Source of the DNA: an uncultured Clostridia bacterium
Lineage (GTDB): Bacteria; Bacillota; Clostridia; CAKSNL01; HGM11501
NCBI GenBank assembly: GCA_934476235.1
Contig: CAKSNL010000001.1
Span: 44,497-108,496 of the forward strand
DNA length: 64,000 nucleotides
Direction of reading: 5' to 3'
Shown here: positions 9,905 through 19,194 of the stretch, piece by piece
How positions within the stretch are numbered: the first letter of the stretch is position 1
Layout: every line of letters begins with the position of its first letter
Translations under genes and position numbers: made by a program
Notes under the pieces: model-generated
Databases searched by the model: none
The model's input: only the letters and a program-made list of their open reading frames with translations
Told to the model about the DNA's origin: nothing

Positions 9905-9933
9905 TTGCAAAAAGCTGCATATTATGGTATACT
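9905..9933 (+). promoter_or_regulatory. Sigma-A type promoter (TTGCAA, 17-nt spacer, TGgTATACT extended -10)
   Basis: Seen upstream of the ORF starting at 9955. Confidence 0.55.
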
Positions 9934-9954
9934 TTTAAAAAAGGAGTGTTATTT

Positions 9955-10476
9955 ATGAAAAAAAGTTCCGTTAAAACTGTTTTTAAGTCGATATTTTTAA
10001 CGCTCGGAATTCTTTCTTTTTTATATAGCTTCGTAAACCCTATTGTATACCATTTCGGAGCGAAAACGGAAGCCATTGCCGACAGTATCGACTACACTCC
10101 GTCCGACGGGGGACTTTGCGATTACAGCGTCAGCTTTCACTACTTCGTGTCCGGAGTGCAGTATGACGGGTCGGTTAATTTCACCTCCCCGTTTGACGAG
10201 ACGATGGACTATGACATTCACACGGTAAGATACATTCCATTTATCCCGTCCTACGGCATAATTGACTTGGGCTATGAAATTCCCTTTTTAAATTATGTAT
10301 TTTTCGGATGCGGCATCATATTTATAATTGCAGGCATATTGATAAGGCAGAAAAAAGCCGAAAAAAAATCCCTCCTGCCGGAGGAGAAAAAAGCGTTTAT
10401 ATGCCCTGCATGCAAAAAGGAGATTGATTCTGACAGTATTTATTGCTCCCACTGCGGGCGCAAAATAATATTATAG
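9955..10476 (+). CDS. Hypothetical membrane protein with a C-terminal zinc-ribbon (CPACKK...CSHCGRK)
   Basis: An AAGGAG RBS sits 8 nt upstream of the ATG at 9955. The product has two TM segments and a CxxC...CxxC tail. Confidence 0.5.
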   Translation: MKKSSVKTVFKSIFLTLGILSFLYSFVNPIVYHFGAKTEAIADSIDYTPSDGGLCDYSVSFHYFVSGVQYDGSVNFTSPFDETMDYDIHTVRYIPFIPSYGIIDLGYEIPFLNYVFFGCGIIFIIAGILIRQKKAEKKSLLPEEKKAFICPACKKEIDSDSIYCSHCGRKIIL

Positions 10477-10485
10477 GAGATAAAA

Positions 10486-11802
10486 ATGTATAACATCAAG
10501 GACTACGGAGCCAAAGAAGGCTCTCTTTCGACAAAAGCGATCCAGAGCGCAATCGACGCGGCGTATGAATCCGGCGGGGGAACCGTGTTCATTCCGGAAG
10601 GCACATTCATATCCGGCACTTTAATAATTAAAGACAATATTCACATTGTCTTTGAGAACGGAGCCGTGATTTTGGGCAGCGTCAACATGGAGGATTTTCT
10701 CCCCCGCGAGGAAAATCCCGACAACGATACATACCAGGATAAGAGCCACAGCTATTTTCACCACTCTTTGTTTTATGCCGATTCGTGCAGAAACATTTCG
10801 TTTTCCGGGCTCGGCAAAATTGACATGCAGTCGGTCTGGGAGCCGGACGGTTCATGGCAGAGAGCGGTTAAAATCTTCGCGCTTAAAAACTGCACCGACG
10901 TTGTGATAAAGGACCTTATTTTGCGCAACGCGACAGACCTTGCGGTTTATTTCGCCGGGTGCGAAAACGTTACGGTCACTCGCCTTAACATTTTAACGCA
11001 TATTGACGGGATAAGCCCCGATTCTTGCAAAAACGTTGTAATATCGGACTGCATTATAAATTCGGGGGATGACGGCATCGTCCCGAAAAGCTCCTTCACT
11101 CTGGGGCGCTTTGCGGCGATGGAAAACCTCACCATATCAAACTGCATAATCTCATCAAGATGCAACGCGATAAAATTCGGAACCGAATCCAACACCGCAT
11201 TTTTAAACGTCGCCATTACAGGCTGCACGATATATAACACAAGATTTTCGGGCATAACTCTTCAGGCGGTGGACGGAGCTTTGGTAAACGGCTTTTCCGT
11301 TTCCGGAGTCACCATGAAAAACGTCGGCAATCCCATAATGCTTATGGTGCTTGACAGAGGGCGGGCTCCCGAGGGCACTATAATCGGCGAGATCAAAAAC
11401 GTGTCGCTTGCGGGAATCACGGCAACCGGTCCTTACGAGCCGTGGGAGGCGCCGACCTGGAACTATAAATCACACATGGAGGACGATAAGGTTCAGCCTC
11501 CCGTTCCCGCTCCGGTCATCATCGCCGGTCAGCCGGACAGTATCATTAAAAACGTTTCTATGTCGGATATGATATTTTCAATGCCCGGCGGCGGAACGAA
11601 GGAGGACCGCGAAATAAAGCTTCCCACCGTGCGCGACGGATATCCCGAATCTATCCGGTTCGGGCGGAAAACCCCGTGCTACGGCATGATTGCGGTAAAC
11701 GTTGATAATTTAAGGCTTTATAACGTTGACTTTTCCACGGAAAAGGAGGACGCGCGCGATGAGGCGGTATTTATAAACGTCACACGCTACAAAAGAATAT
11801 AA
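10486..11802 (+). CDS. Glycoside hydrolase family 28 (polygalacturonase-like), no signal peptide
   Basis: N-terminus YNIKDYGAKEGS...GGGTVFIPEGTF and the beta-helix segment NCIISSRCNAIKFGTES are GH28 hallmarks. Confidence 0.75.
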   Translation: MYNIKDYGAKEGSLSTKAIQSAIDAAYESGGGTVFIPEGTFISGTLIIKDNIHIVFENGAVILGSVNMEDFLPREENPDNDTYQDKSHSYFHHSLFYADSCRNISFSGLGKIDMQSVWEPDGSWQRAVKIFALKNCTDVVIKDLILRNATDLAVYFAGCENVTVTRLNILTHIDGISPDSCKNVVISDCIINSGDDGIVPKSSFTLGRFAAMENLTISNCIISSRCNAIKFGTESNTAFLNVAITGCTIYNTRFSGITLQAVDGALVNGFSVSGVTMKNVGNPIMLMVLDRGRAPEGTIIGEIKNVSLAGITATGPYEPWEAPTWNYKSHMEDDKVQPPVPAPVIIAGQPDSIIKNVSMSDMIFSMPGGGTKEDREIKLPTVRDGYPESIRFGRKTPCYGMIAVNVDNLRLYNVDFSTEKEDARDEAVFINVTRYKRI

Positions 11803-11837
11803 AATAACGGCGGAGAATTTCTCCGCCGTTATTTTAC
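11803..11837. terminator. Bidirectional terminator hairpin (AATAACGGCGGAGAA/TTCTCCGCCGTTATT) between the convergent GH28 gene and the etf fusion gene
   Basis: Perfect 13-bp stem flanked by A and T runs. Confidence 0.75.
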
Positions 11838-13199
11838 TATGTCCCCGGCTTCGGCTATGATTCCGTAGTCCGAGTATTTAAAAATCGGAGCGTCTTTATC
11901 GGGGTTCACCGCAATAATTGTTCCCGCTCCCTCCACTGCGCACATGTGCTGAACCGCGCCGGAAATGCCGACGGCTATATATATCTTCGGCGCCGCCGTT
12001 TTCCCCGTGAGCCCTATCTGCTCTTCATAAGGCGCCATATCCATATCGACGGCGGCTCTTGACGCGCCCATCTGTGCGCCGAGCTTTTCTTTAAGTGCGC
12101 AAAGCTCTTTGTAATTTTCTGCCGCGCCGCGTCCCAAAGAAAGTATTATGTCCGCACTGTCGGACTCTGTTCTTACGGTCGCCATCTGCGGGTTCGTTCT
12201 GCACTCGATTTTTGCCGTAACGTCTCCGCCGAGCGCCGGGCGGTACATATAAAGCCTTTTTCCGTCCGTCTCAAGCGCCGTACAGTCCGCGCAAAGCCCC
12301 GTCTCAAGCATTGCCGCGGCAATCGGCGCGTCGCGCCGCGAGGTTAAGTCTGCGTTCCAGAGTATTACCTCCGGGCGCTCTTTTTTTGCCCGTTCGGCTA
12401 TTTTACGAGGGTCCTTTTCCTCGATAAATATGACGTTTTCGGCAATTGCAAGAGCCTGCTTGGAAACCTCTTTTCCTACCGCCCAGACCTCTTTTAATTT
12501 CTTCTTTGCCGGGGGGATATTTACCTCGATCCTCTTTTTCTTTGAAAGCTTTTCAACGAGCGGCAAAAATTCATCGGGCTTTATAAATTTGCACTTTCTT
12601 TCGCTCTCCTGCCTGTAAAAGGTTTTTATAACCTTTGTCGGCGAGCCCGAAAATCCGCATTTTTTCCCGTCCGCCGAAATATCATGGGCTCCGAGAACCG
12701 TTACGCTCCCCGCCTTCGAGCGAAAGCTCGGGAACCTTAAGTCAAACATTCTTTCGACAGTCACCAAAACCGGAGTTTTCGCCTTCATCTCTCCGAGCCT
12801 TGTTCTGCACGAAACCGTGCCGTTTTTTTCCGAGATATCCAAAGCGTACGCGATAACCGGAATCCCCAGCATTTCGGAAATGCACGGACCGACCTGTGCG
12901 GTGTCCGAATCGGTCGACTGCTTTCCGCAAAGAATAATATCATAATTTTCTCTTGCCAGCGCTTTTGATAAGACATATCCCGTCGCGAGCGTGTCGCTTC
13001 CGGCAAACGCCTTGTCGGTCAAAAGCACCGCACGGACGCCGAGCCTTGTAAGCTCTGTCAATTTGCTCTCAGCCGCGGCGGGCGCCATGGAATAGACCGT
13101 CACATCGTCGGACAGGCGGAGCGCCGCCTCTATCGCCGAGGAATCAAACGGGCTTATCTCGCCTTTAACGACCTTAACACATACCGCAATCTTCATCAT
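11829..13199 (-). CDS. Fused electron-transfer flavoprotein: EtfB-like N-terminal domain plus EtfA FAD-binding C-terminal domain in one polypeptide
   Basis: The N-terminal ~215 aa carry EtfB motifs (FAGSDTLATGYVL, ILCGKQSTDSDTAQVGP, GSPTKVIK). The C-terminal ~200 aa carry EtfA domain II motifs (ASRAAVD, PKIYIAVGISGAVQHMCAVEGAGTIIAVNPDKDAPIF). The ATG start overlaps the kinase stop as ATGA. Confidence 0.7.
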   Translation of the reverse strand: MMKIAVCVKVVKGEISPFDSSAIEAALRLSDDVTVYSMAPAAAESKLTELTRLGVRAVLLTDKAFAGSDTLATGYVLSKALARENYDIILCGKQSTDSDTAQVGPCISEMLGIPVIAYALDISEKNGTVSCRTRLGEMKAKTPVLVTVERMFDLRFPSFRSKAGSVTVLGAHDISADGKKCGFSGSPTKVIKTFYRQESERKCKFIKPDEFLPLVEKLSKKKRIEVNIPPAKKKLKEVWAVGKEVSKQALAIAENVIFIEEKDPRKIAERAKKERPEVILWNADLTSRRDAPIAAAMLETGLCADCTALETDGKRLYMYRPALGGDVTAKIECRTNPQMATVRTESDSADIILSLGRGAAENYKELCALKEKLGAQMGASRAAVDMDMAPYEEQIGLTGKTAAPKIYIAVGISGAVQHMCAVEGAGTIIAVNPDKDAPIFKYSDYGIIAEAGDIVK

Positions 13200-14668
13200 T
13201 CGCACCCGTGGTATATCGGCGCCAATGCGTCATGCACCTTTTTGTAGCGCTTATACTGCTCTTTATAGATTTCGTTATTCTTCATATCGGGCTCCGTCAC
13301 GAAAACCTCCTCGTTGCAGAATGACACCGCCTCGCACGGACTTAAGAAAAATCCCGCCGCAACGCCAGCCAGCATTGCGCTTCCGAATGACGAGTCGGAA
13401 TACTTTTTCCCGACGAGCGTTATGCCCAGCATATCCGCCGTGATTGAACGCCAGAGCGGGCTTTTTCCTCCGCCGCCGATTATTACCGCCGTTTCGTCAT
13501 GCGGAATACCGATTTTGCCGAGCGCGTCCATACAGTCCGCTATCGACATGGAAACGCCCTCCAAAAGCGCCCTCGTAAAATGCGCCTTCGTGTGGTTCGC
13601 GCGCACACCGATGAAGCTCGCCGATAAAAGCGGGTCGGCATACGGCGTCAGCTCTCCGTTAAGGTAGGGGTGAAACATCAGCCCCTCCGCTCCGGGCGCT
13701 ATTTTTTCCGCGCCTGAGTCAAGCGTCTTATAATCCTCCCCGAACGTGTCACGGTACCACCTGTAGGACGCGGCGCACGATTTTGTCGCCGTTCCGGGAT
13801 ACCACAGCCCGTCAATTATATGCGAATAGTTGATAAGGTTCTTATCGGGATACGACCTGTCCGTCACGACGCAGATGCGCCCGGCGGTCGCAAGCTTTAT
13901 TGTCATGTTTCCTTTTTTAACCGCGCCGGAGGCAAAAACCTCCATAACCGTGTCCGTCGTTCCGCATATTACCGCGGTGCCGGGATAAAGCCCCGTGTCC
14001 TTCGCCGCATTTTCCGTGACTGTGCCGACAACATCTTGAGGATTTACCGCCTCGGGCAATATCGCCTTGTCGATTCCCGCGGCAGCGCAAAGAACGTCCG
14101 ACCATTTCTTTTCGTTTAAGTCAAAGAGCATGCTGCCTTCCGCCTCTATATAATCCGTCACATAGTCACCGGTGAGGCAGTGGCGCACATAGTCCTTCGC
14201 AAAAAATATTTTTCTGATTTTACTAAAAATTCCGGGCTCGTTATTCTTTATCCAGAGAAGCTGCGGAAGCGTCCAGATGGTGTCAACATTATGAAGAGAG
14301 CGCTTTTTTATCTCCTCGCCGAGCGTTTCTTTAAGGCAGTCAACCTCTTTTTTGCTCCGCGTATCCGTCCAGTAAATCGAAGGCATGAGCACATTAAAAT
14401 CCTCATCCATTAACACTGCGGTATGCGTCGCCGCGTCAAGCGCAACCGCCTTTATATCGGCGGGGGAAACGCCGGAGGTCTTTATCACCGAGCGGATATT
14501 TTCCTTCGCAGCATTATACCAATCGTCCGGATTCTGCTCCACGTAGCCCGCCTTCGGGTAATATGTGGGATATTCGTACGACGCTTCCGCAACGATTTTT
14601 CCCTCTTCGGAAAGAAGCGTTGCCTTGGACGCGCCGCCGCCGAAATCTATACCGAGAGCATATCTCAT
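13196..14668 (-). CDS. FGGY-family carbohydrate kinase
   Basis: N-terminus YALGIDFGGGASKATL and a 490-aa length match the FGGY family. Confidence 0.8.
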   Translation of the reverse strand: MRYALGIDFGGGASKATLLSEEGKIVAEASYEYPTYYPKAGYVEQNPDDWYNAAKENIRSVIKTSGVSPADIKAVALDAATHTAVLMDEDFNVLMPSIYWTDTRSKKEVDCLKETLGEEIKKRSLHNVDTIWTLPQLLWIKNNEPGIFSKIRKIFFAKDYVRHCLTGDYVTDYIEAEGSMLFDLNEKKWSDVLCAAAGIDKAILPEAVNPQDVVGTVTENAAKDTGLYPGTAVICGTTDTVMEVFASGAVKKGNMTIKLATAGRICVVTDRSYPDKNLINYSHIIDGLWYPGTATKSCAASYRWYRDTFGEDYKTLDSGAEKIAPGAEGLMFHPYLNGELTPYADPLLSASFIGVRANHTKAHFTRALLEGVSMSIADCMDALGKIGIPHDETAVIIGGGGKSPLWRSITADMLGITLVGKKYSDSSFGSAMLAGVAAGFFLSPCEAVSFCNEEVFVTEPDMKNNEIYKEQYKRYKKVHDALAPIYHGCE

Positions 14669-14690
14669 AAAAAAATCCTCTTTTCTTTCT

Positions 14691-14720
14691 AAAAAGCCCG
14701 GAATTGCTCCGGGCTTTTCA
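14691..14720 (-). terminator. Intra-operon hairpin (GCCCGGA...TCCGGGC) with a T-run on the minus strand, between the epimerase and kinase genes
   Basis: Inverted repeat flanked by A5 and T4-5. Possible partial terminator or attenuator inside the operon. Confidence 0.5.
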
Positions 14721-15590
14721 TTATTCTCCGAAGGTTATTTCGTGATAAAATTCCTTCGTCTTTCCTTTTTCCAATGCGGTTATCTCATCTTTTTCTTCTA
14801 TTTTGCCTGTCGAATCAACACTGTCGGGAAGTCCGCTCCACGGCTCGATACAGATATATCCGGCATCCGGGAACGACCAGATGACAAGATTCTTTTGCCC
14901 CGGGAACCGAACGCTCACTATCACTTCGCCGCTTTTATGCTTTAATGTGACAGACTCTGACAAAATGTCTTTAAATATCAGCGAATCTCTTTCTTTAAGC
15001 ATCCCGCCTGTTACCGAAAGCTCCTTCGTTCTCTCCGCCAAAAGCTCGCGCTTTCCGCTTAAGAGGGGACCTTCAAGCATATAATTAAAAAGCGTTTCTT
15101 CCTTTTCAAACTCAAAAACATAATCCTCTGTTTTTCCGGGGCAGGCATAACCTTCATGCGAGCCCGCCGAAAAATACATCGTCTTATCATCCTTGTTTTC
15201 CACACGGTATGTAACGCCGAGCGTATTGCCCGAAAGACTGTAAATGACCGAAAAGCCGTATAAGAACGGATAGCTTTCCTTGTACTTATCAAGACCCTTT
15301 GCACAAAATACAGCTTCGCTTTCGCTTATTTTTTCGGGCTCATAGTCCAAAAAACGCGCAAAGCCGTGCTTTGTCATTTCATAGCTTTTGCCGGACAGGG
15401 TGTATCTCCCGTCCTTTAACGCGCCGCAGACAGGGAAAACGATAGGTGCGTGAAAGCCCCAGACCGACTTATCGCCGCTCCACATATATTCTCTTCCCGT
15501 TTTGTCCGTCACGCTCGCAATTTCTGCGCCGAAATTTTTGATCTTAACTTTAAGGACTCCATTTTCGATTACGGTTATTTCGTCAGCCAT
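14721..15590 (-). CDS. Aldose 1-epimerase (mutarotase) family protein
   Basis: 289-aa product with the segment WSFPDAGYICIEPWSG, typical of the mutarotase family. A GAGGAGGA RBS lies upstream. Confidence 0.65.
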   Translation of the reverse strand: MADEITVIENGVLKVKIKNFGAEIASVTDKTGREYMWSGDKSVWGFHAPIVFPVCGALKDGRYTLSGKSYEMTKHGFARFLDYEPEKISESEAVFCAKGLDKYKESYPFLYGFSVIYSLSGNTLGVTYRVENKDDKTMYFSAGSHEGYACPGKTEDYVFEFEKEETLFNYMLEGPLLSGKRELLAERTKELSVTGGMLKERDSLIFKDILSESVTLKHKSGEVIVSVRFPGQKNLVIWSFPDAGYICIEPWSGLPDSVDSTGKIEEKDEITALEKGKTKEFYHEITFGE

Positions 15591-16363
15591 TTATGATCCT
15601 CCTCGGTAGTCATGAAAAATCCTCTGTTTTCGCCAGCCATTATCCAAAGGTAATAGTTGTTGTATCCGGGCGCCGCACAGCAGGGGTGATATCCTCTCGG
15701 AATCTCAACGAAATCGCCGCCGCGTACGGTATAGGTCTCGTCAATATCGCCCTCTTTTGTGTATACCTTCTGAATTCCGAAGCCCTGGGGCTTGTCGTAC
15801 TCATAATAGTAAACTTCCTCCAAAACGCCCTCTGTCGGCATATTGTCATCGTCATGCTTGTGAGGAGGATAGCTTGCCCACTGTCCGCCCTCGACATATG
15901 CCTCGCCGATGTAAATGAGGTTTGCCTTTACTCTCTCATCCAAAATAAAGTGCGCCTGTCTTCTCCAGCCGGGCTTGCCCATATCCTTGATTATCACGTC
16001 CTCGGGCTTAACCAAAACGGGCTCAAAGTCCTTCAGAGCGGGAGACTTGCAGACAGCGATCGTCACATCGCCCACACCGGTAACGGTGAACTTTCTGTTT
16101 CTCGGAACATAAAGGCAGGTTGCCGCTCCGTCAAAAGCGTTCTTTCTTTTGCCGATCTCGGTAAATTCAAACCCGTCGCCCTTGACCGTGCACTTTCCGC
16201 CGATAATTAAGAGTCCGTACTCTTTATCCTTTTCGGAATATGTTTTCGTTCCCCCGTCGGGAAGCTTTAACATATCGACCTCAATCATATTAAGCGATGA
16301 ATTTTCCTTAGTGATGACCGCGGCTTTGCCGTACTCATTTTTCCAGGTCTTCTTTAAATTCAT
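15575..16363 (-). CDS. iolB: 5-deoxy-glucuronate isomerase (KduI/IolB family, IolB-like)
   Basis: The C-terminal segment ASYPPHKHDDDNMPTEGVLEEVYYYE...GFGIQKVYT...IDETYTV closely resembles B. subtilis IolB. Confidence 0.8.
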   Translation of the reverse strand: MNLKKTWKNEYGKAAVITKENSSLNMIEVDMLKLPDGGTKTYSEKDKEYGLLIIGGKCTVKGDGFEFTEIGKRKNAFDGAATCLYVPRNRKFTVTGVGDVTIAVCKSPALKDFEPVLVKPEDVIIKDMGKPGWRRQAHFILDERVKANLIYIGEAYVEGGQWASYPPHKHDDDNMPTEGVLEEVYYYEYDKPQGFGIQKVYTKEGDIDETYTVRGGDFVEIPRGYHPCCAAPGYNNYYLWIMAGENRGFFMTTEEDHKWLTK

Positions 16364-17267
16364 TATAACCCAACTCCTTTAAAAATTCAATAACTTTTTT
16401 ATACTCGGGAACCGCGCTTCTCGCGCCGAGCTTTGTGCACTTAAGCGCAGATACGGCGCTTGAAAAAATGCAGCATTTATACATGTCAAACCCCTTCGCA
16501 AGTGCAAAGGCGAAAGCGCCGTGGAAAACATCGCCCGCGCCGTTGGAGTCAACGACCTCGGCGGGAAGCGCCGGGTATGACCTTACATTGTCGCCGTCAT
16601 ACATAATGCCGCCCTTTTTGCCCTGCGTTATGACAACTACTTCGGGGCGGTACGCCTCGTAAAGCGCCCTTGCCGCATCTTCCGCCGTTTCCTTTTTCGT
16701 AAATCCGAGTGCAAATTCCTCCGACGGAATCAAAATATCCGCATACTTTATTAAATTCTCCACGCCGTCATATAATCCTCCGGCGTCGTACAAAACCTTT
16801 GTACCGGACTCTTTTGCGAAACGGGCGCCCTCTGTCGCCGCGTCCATCTCATTGCCGTCTATCATTAATATGTCCGCCGCTTTTATTTCGTCCTTCTGCT
16901 CAGGAGAAAGCTTAAGCGGAGGAATATCGCCCCTGTAAAACACGCAGGTTCTCGTTTTCTCCTTTTCGCTTAAGAAAATGCACGAAGAAAACGACGAAAA
17001 TCCCGATGCGACATTGACCTTTGACGTGTCAACGCCGTACTTTTCCATATCGGCTTTTAAGAATATTCCCGGAGCATCCGTCGTCAGCGCTCCCAGATAC
17101 GACACATTTGCTCCGAGCTTTGCCGCCGCGACAAGACCCGTCGCGGTCGGTCCCCCTCCGGATGAAACGGCGCTCTTCGCGCGCTTTTTCGTGTCCTCAT
17201 CCGGGTACGAGTCAACGGTATAGAGCGTGTCATATACATTGGCGCCTATGCCTGTTATCCTCATCAT
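16335..17267 (-). CDS. PfkB-family sugar kinase (IolC-like 5-dehydro-2-deoxygluconokinase candidate)
   Basis: Ribokinase-fold motifs, including the NGAGD anion hole. Sits between iolB and the aldolase gene. Confidence 0.65.
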   Translation of the reverse strand: MMRITGIGANVYDTLYTVDSYPDEDTKKRAKSAVSSGGGPTATGLVAAAKLGANVSYLGALTTDAPGIFLKADMEKYGVDTSKVNVASGFSSFSSCIFLSEKEKTRTCVFYRGDIPPLKLSPEQKDEIKAADILMIDGNEMDAATEGARFAKESGTKVLYDAGGLYDGVENLIKYADILIPSEEFALGFTKKETAEDAARALYEAYRPEVVVITQGKKGGIMYDGDNVRSYPALPAEVVDSNGAGDVFHGAFAFALAKGFDMYKCCIFSSAVSALKCTKLGARSAVPEYKKVIEFLKELGYNEFKEDLEK

Positions 17268-18091
17268 GCCTTGTTTTCAGCTCCTAACAGTCTGATTTTC
17301 GACTTTGCAAATTCGCCCACATTTTTGATTGCATCCTTCATAAAGAGGTCGATGGCAATCTTTTCTCTCGAGGTCTCAAAAACCTTGTCAAGGAACGAAT
17401 AGCAAAGATCCGTGCCGAAGTTAATCTTTCTGATTCCGGCATTGACCGCCGCCTTTATCTGATCGTCCGGCACACCGCTTCCGCCGTGCAGTACAAGCGG
17501 AATTCCCGTAAGCTCTTTTATCTTCGAAATTCTCTCAATGTCAAGCTTGGGAGCCTTTTTATATCTTCCGTGAGCCGTGCCGACCAAGATTGCAAGCGCG
17601 CTGACGCCTGTCGCGTCAACATATGCCTTTGCCTCTCCGGGGTCGGTAAACTCCGCCATTGACTCGTCATTTACAGAGCCGATATGTCCCAGCTCGCCCT
17701 CGACCGGAACGCCGACGTGAGCGCAAAGCTCAGCCACGCGCGCGGTATAGCTCTTGTTTTCCTCAAACGGAAGGCTGGACGCGTCAATCATAATGCCGGT
17801 CGCGCCGTAGGTGAGCGCTCTTACGACCTCGTGCTCCGACGCGCCGTGGTCCAGGTGGAAGCAAACCGGAACCTTTGCCTTTTTTGCCGCCGCCAAAACT
17901 ATGGGAGCAAGGAAATATGCCTCTTCGTTTGTGAAAAGTCTTGAATAAGACTGTAATATTACCGGAGCGTTAAGCTCCTCCGCCGCGTTGATAACGCCCA
18001 TTACGGTCTCCATATTGTACACGTTGAATGCCGGGATCGCGAAATTTCCTTTTTCCGCGATGGCAAGTATCTCTTTAAGATTTACAAGCAT
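17264..18091 (-). CDS. Class II aldolase of the FbaA/GatY/IolJ family
   Basis: N-terminal segment IPAFNVYNMETVMGVINAAEE...PVILQ and an HLDHG metal site. Confidence 0.75.
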   Translation of the reverse strand: MLVNLKEILAIAEKGNFAIPAFNVYNMETVMGVINAAEELNAPVILQSYSRLFTNEEAYFLAPIVLAAAKKAKVPVCFHLDHGASEHEVVRALTYGATGIMIDASSLPFEENKSYTARVAELCAHVGVPVEGELGHIGSVNDESMAEFTDPGEAKAYVDATGVSALAILVGTAHGRYKKAPKLDIERISKIKELTGIPLVLHGGSGVPDDQIKAAVNAGIRKINFGTDLCYSFLDKVFETSREKIAIDLFMKDAIKNVGEFAKSKIRLLGAENKA

Positions 18092-19179
18092 TTTACAATT
18101 GCCTCCTCAAGTGTCAGAATTTCAATTCCCTTTTCTTTAAGCTCTTTTAATGCCAGATATTCCGCCGGAGACGCGGTAACAAGCTTCTTTGTGCCAACGT
18201 GAAGTGCGTCCGCCATTCTTCTTTTGGCAACAAGCTTCATAACGTCCGGCATATAAGCCTTCATTACGGGGTGTCCCGCAATCATCGTGTCGCGTCCGGT
18301 CATAAGCATCTCGCCGGTTTTTCCGAGCGCGGAAAGTATGCTTCTCGCCGGCTTTGTCTCCTCAAGGTCGCGCGCAAGATGTGCGGGATCCTGGAACACA
18401 AATTCGTCCTTCGTCTTTTTAACGCCGAGCTTTTTGCCGGAGATAAGCTCCGACAAAAACGCAGTATATGTAACGGGCTTTGCCGAAAGCGCGATGTTCC
18501 ACTCCTTGTATTCGCGCATGAACACCTTAGCGTCCGCCGGGTCGTATGCCACGATTTTTTTAGCGCCGGTGTTCTTTATTGCAGCCGCAGCCTTCTCCAT
18601 TGCCTCTCTGGTCTCAGCCGCCGCGCCCAAAAGGAAGTCATAAGCATATCCGGAGTCGGGCTCGTTCTTCATTACCGTGAAATCGACTCCCGCTTTCTTT
18701 AAGAGCTCAATTGCCTCTATTGCGTTAGCCGGAGCATTGCAGCGTGCGTCGCTTCCCAAAAAGAGGAGTACCTCCGCCTTCTCGGGAAGAGTCTCAATCT
18801 CGGCTTTAAGCTTCTTATCCAAAGTCTTTTTACCGTAAACGTTACCGGTCTTTTCAAGATTTGTGATGAGCTTTTCTATGTACTCGGGCATAACGCCGTC
18901 CATCGCCGCGGCAAGGCGTGCCTCCTTGGTGAATATAACGGGATCCCAGCCTGTCGCGCACTCCTTTGTGCATCCGCCGCAAAGCGCGCACTCGTATAAA
19001 TTGTCAACAACGTCGGAAAGCTTTGCCGAGTCTCTTACGACCATCGAAAGAGAAAGTGCTCTCGCTCTTGCCGTGTTTCTCTCCTGTCCCGTCGCGTTGC
19101 CGATGGGGCAAATATGGCGGCACATCCAGCAAAATCTGCATGCGTCAACCGTTTTTCTGCTTTTTTCAGATAACTGCAT
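18082..19179 (-). CDS. 4Fe-4S dicluster domain protein (GlcF/LutB-like electron-transfer subunit)
   Basis: Two CxxCxxCxxxCP motifs (CRFCWMCRHICP and CALCGGCTKEC) followed by a ~260-aa cysteine-poor domain. Confidence 0.6.
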   Translation of the reverse strand: MQLSEKSRKTVDACRFCWMCRHICPIGNATGQERNTARARALSLSMVVRDSAKLSDVVDNLYECALCGGCTKECATGWDPVIFTKEARLAAAMDGVMPEYIEKLITNLEKTGNVYGKKTLDKKLKAEIETLPEKAEVLLFLGSDARCNAPANAIEAIELLKKAGVDFTVMKNEPDSGYAYDFLLGAAAETREAMEKAAAAIKNTGAKKIVAYDPADAKVFMREYKEWNIALSAKPVTYTAFLSELISGKKLGVKKTKDEFVFQDPAHLARDLEETKPARSILSALGKTGEMLMTGRDTMIAGHPVMKAYMPDVMKLVAKRRMADALHVGTKKLVTASPAEYLALKELKEKGIEILTLEEAIVKCL

Positions 19180-19194
19180 ATCGCTTCCTCCTTC

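Noticed and set aside
15593-16210. 205-aa plus-strand ORF
   Set aside because: It lies entirely antisense within the well-supported iolB-like gene. It shows no family resemblance and is low-complexity. It is typical of the spurious antisense ORFs seen in GC-rich coding DNA.
15575-16363. Considered calling this KduI (pectin pathway) because GH28, kdgK and eda are in the window
   Set aside because: The C-terminal half matches B. subtilis IolB much more closely (SYPPHKHD..DN.PxE...EETYYxE). The adjacent genes are IolC-like and IolJ-like, so IolB is the better call. KduI remains the same Pfam family.
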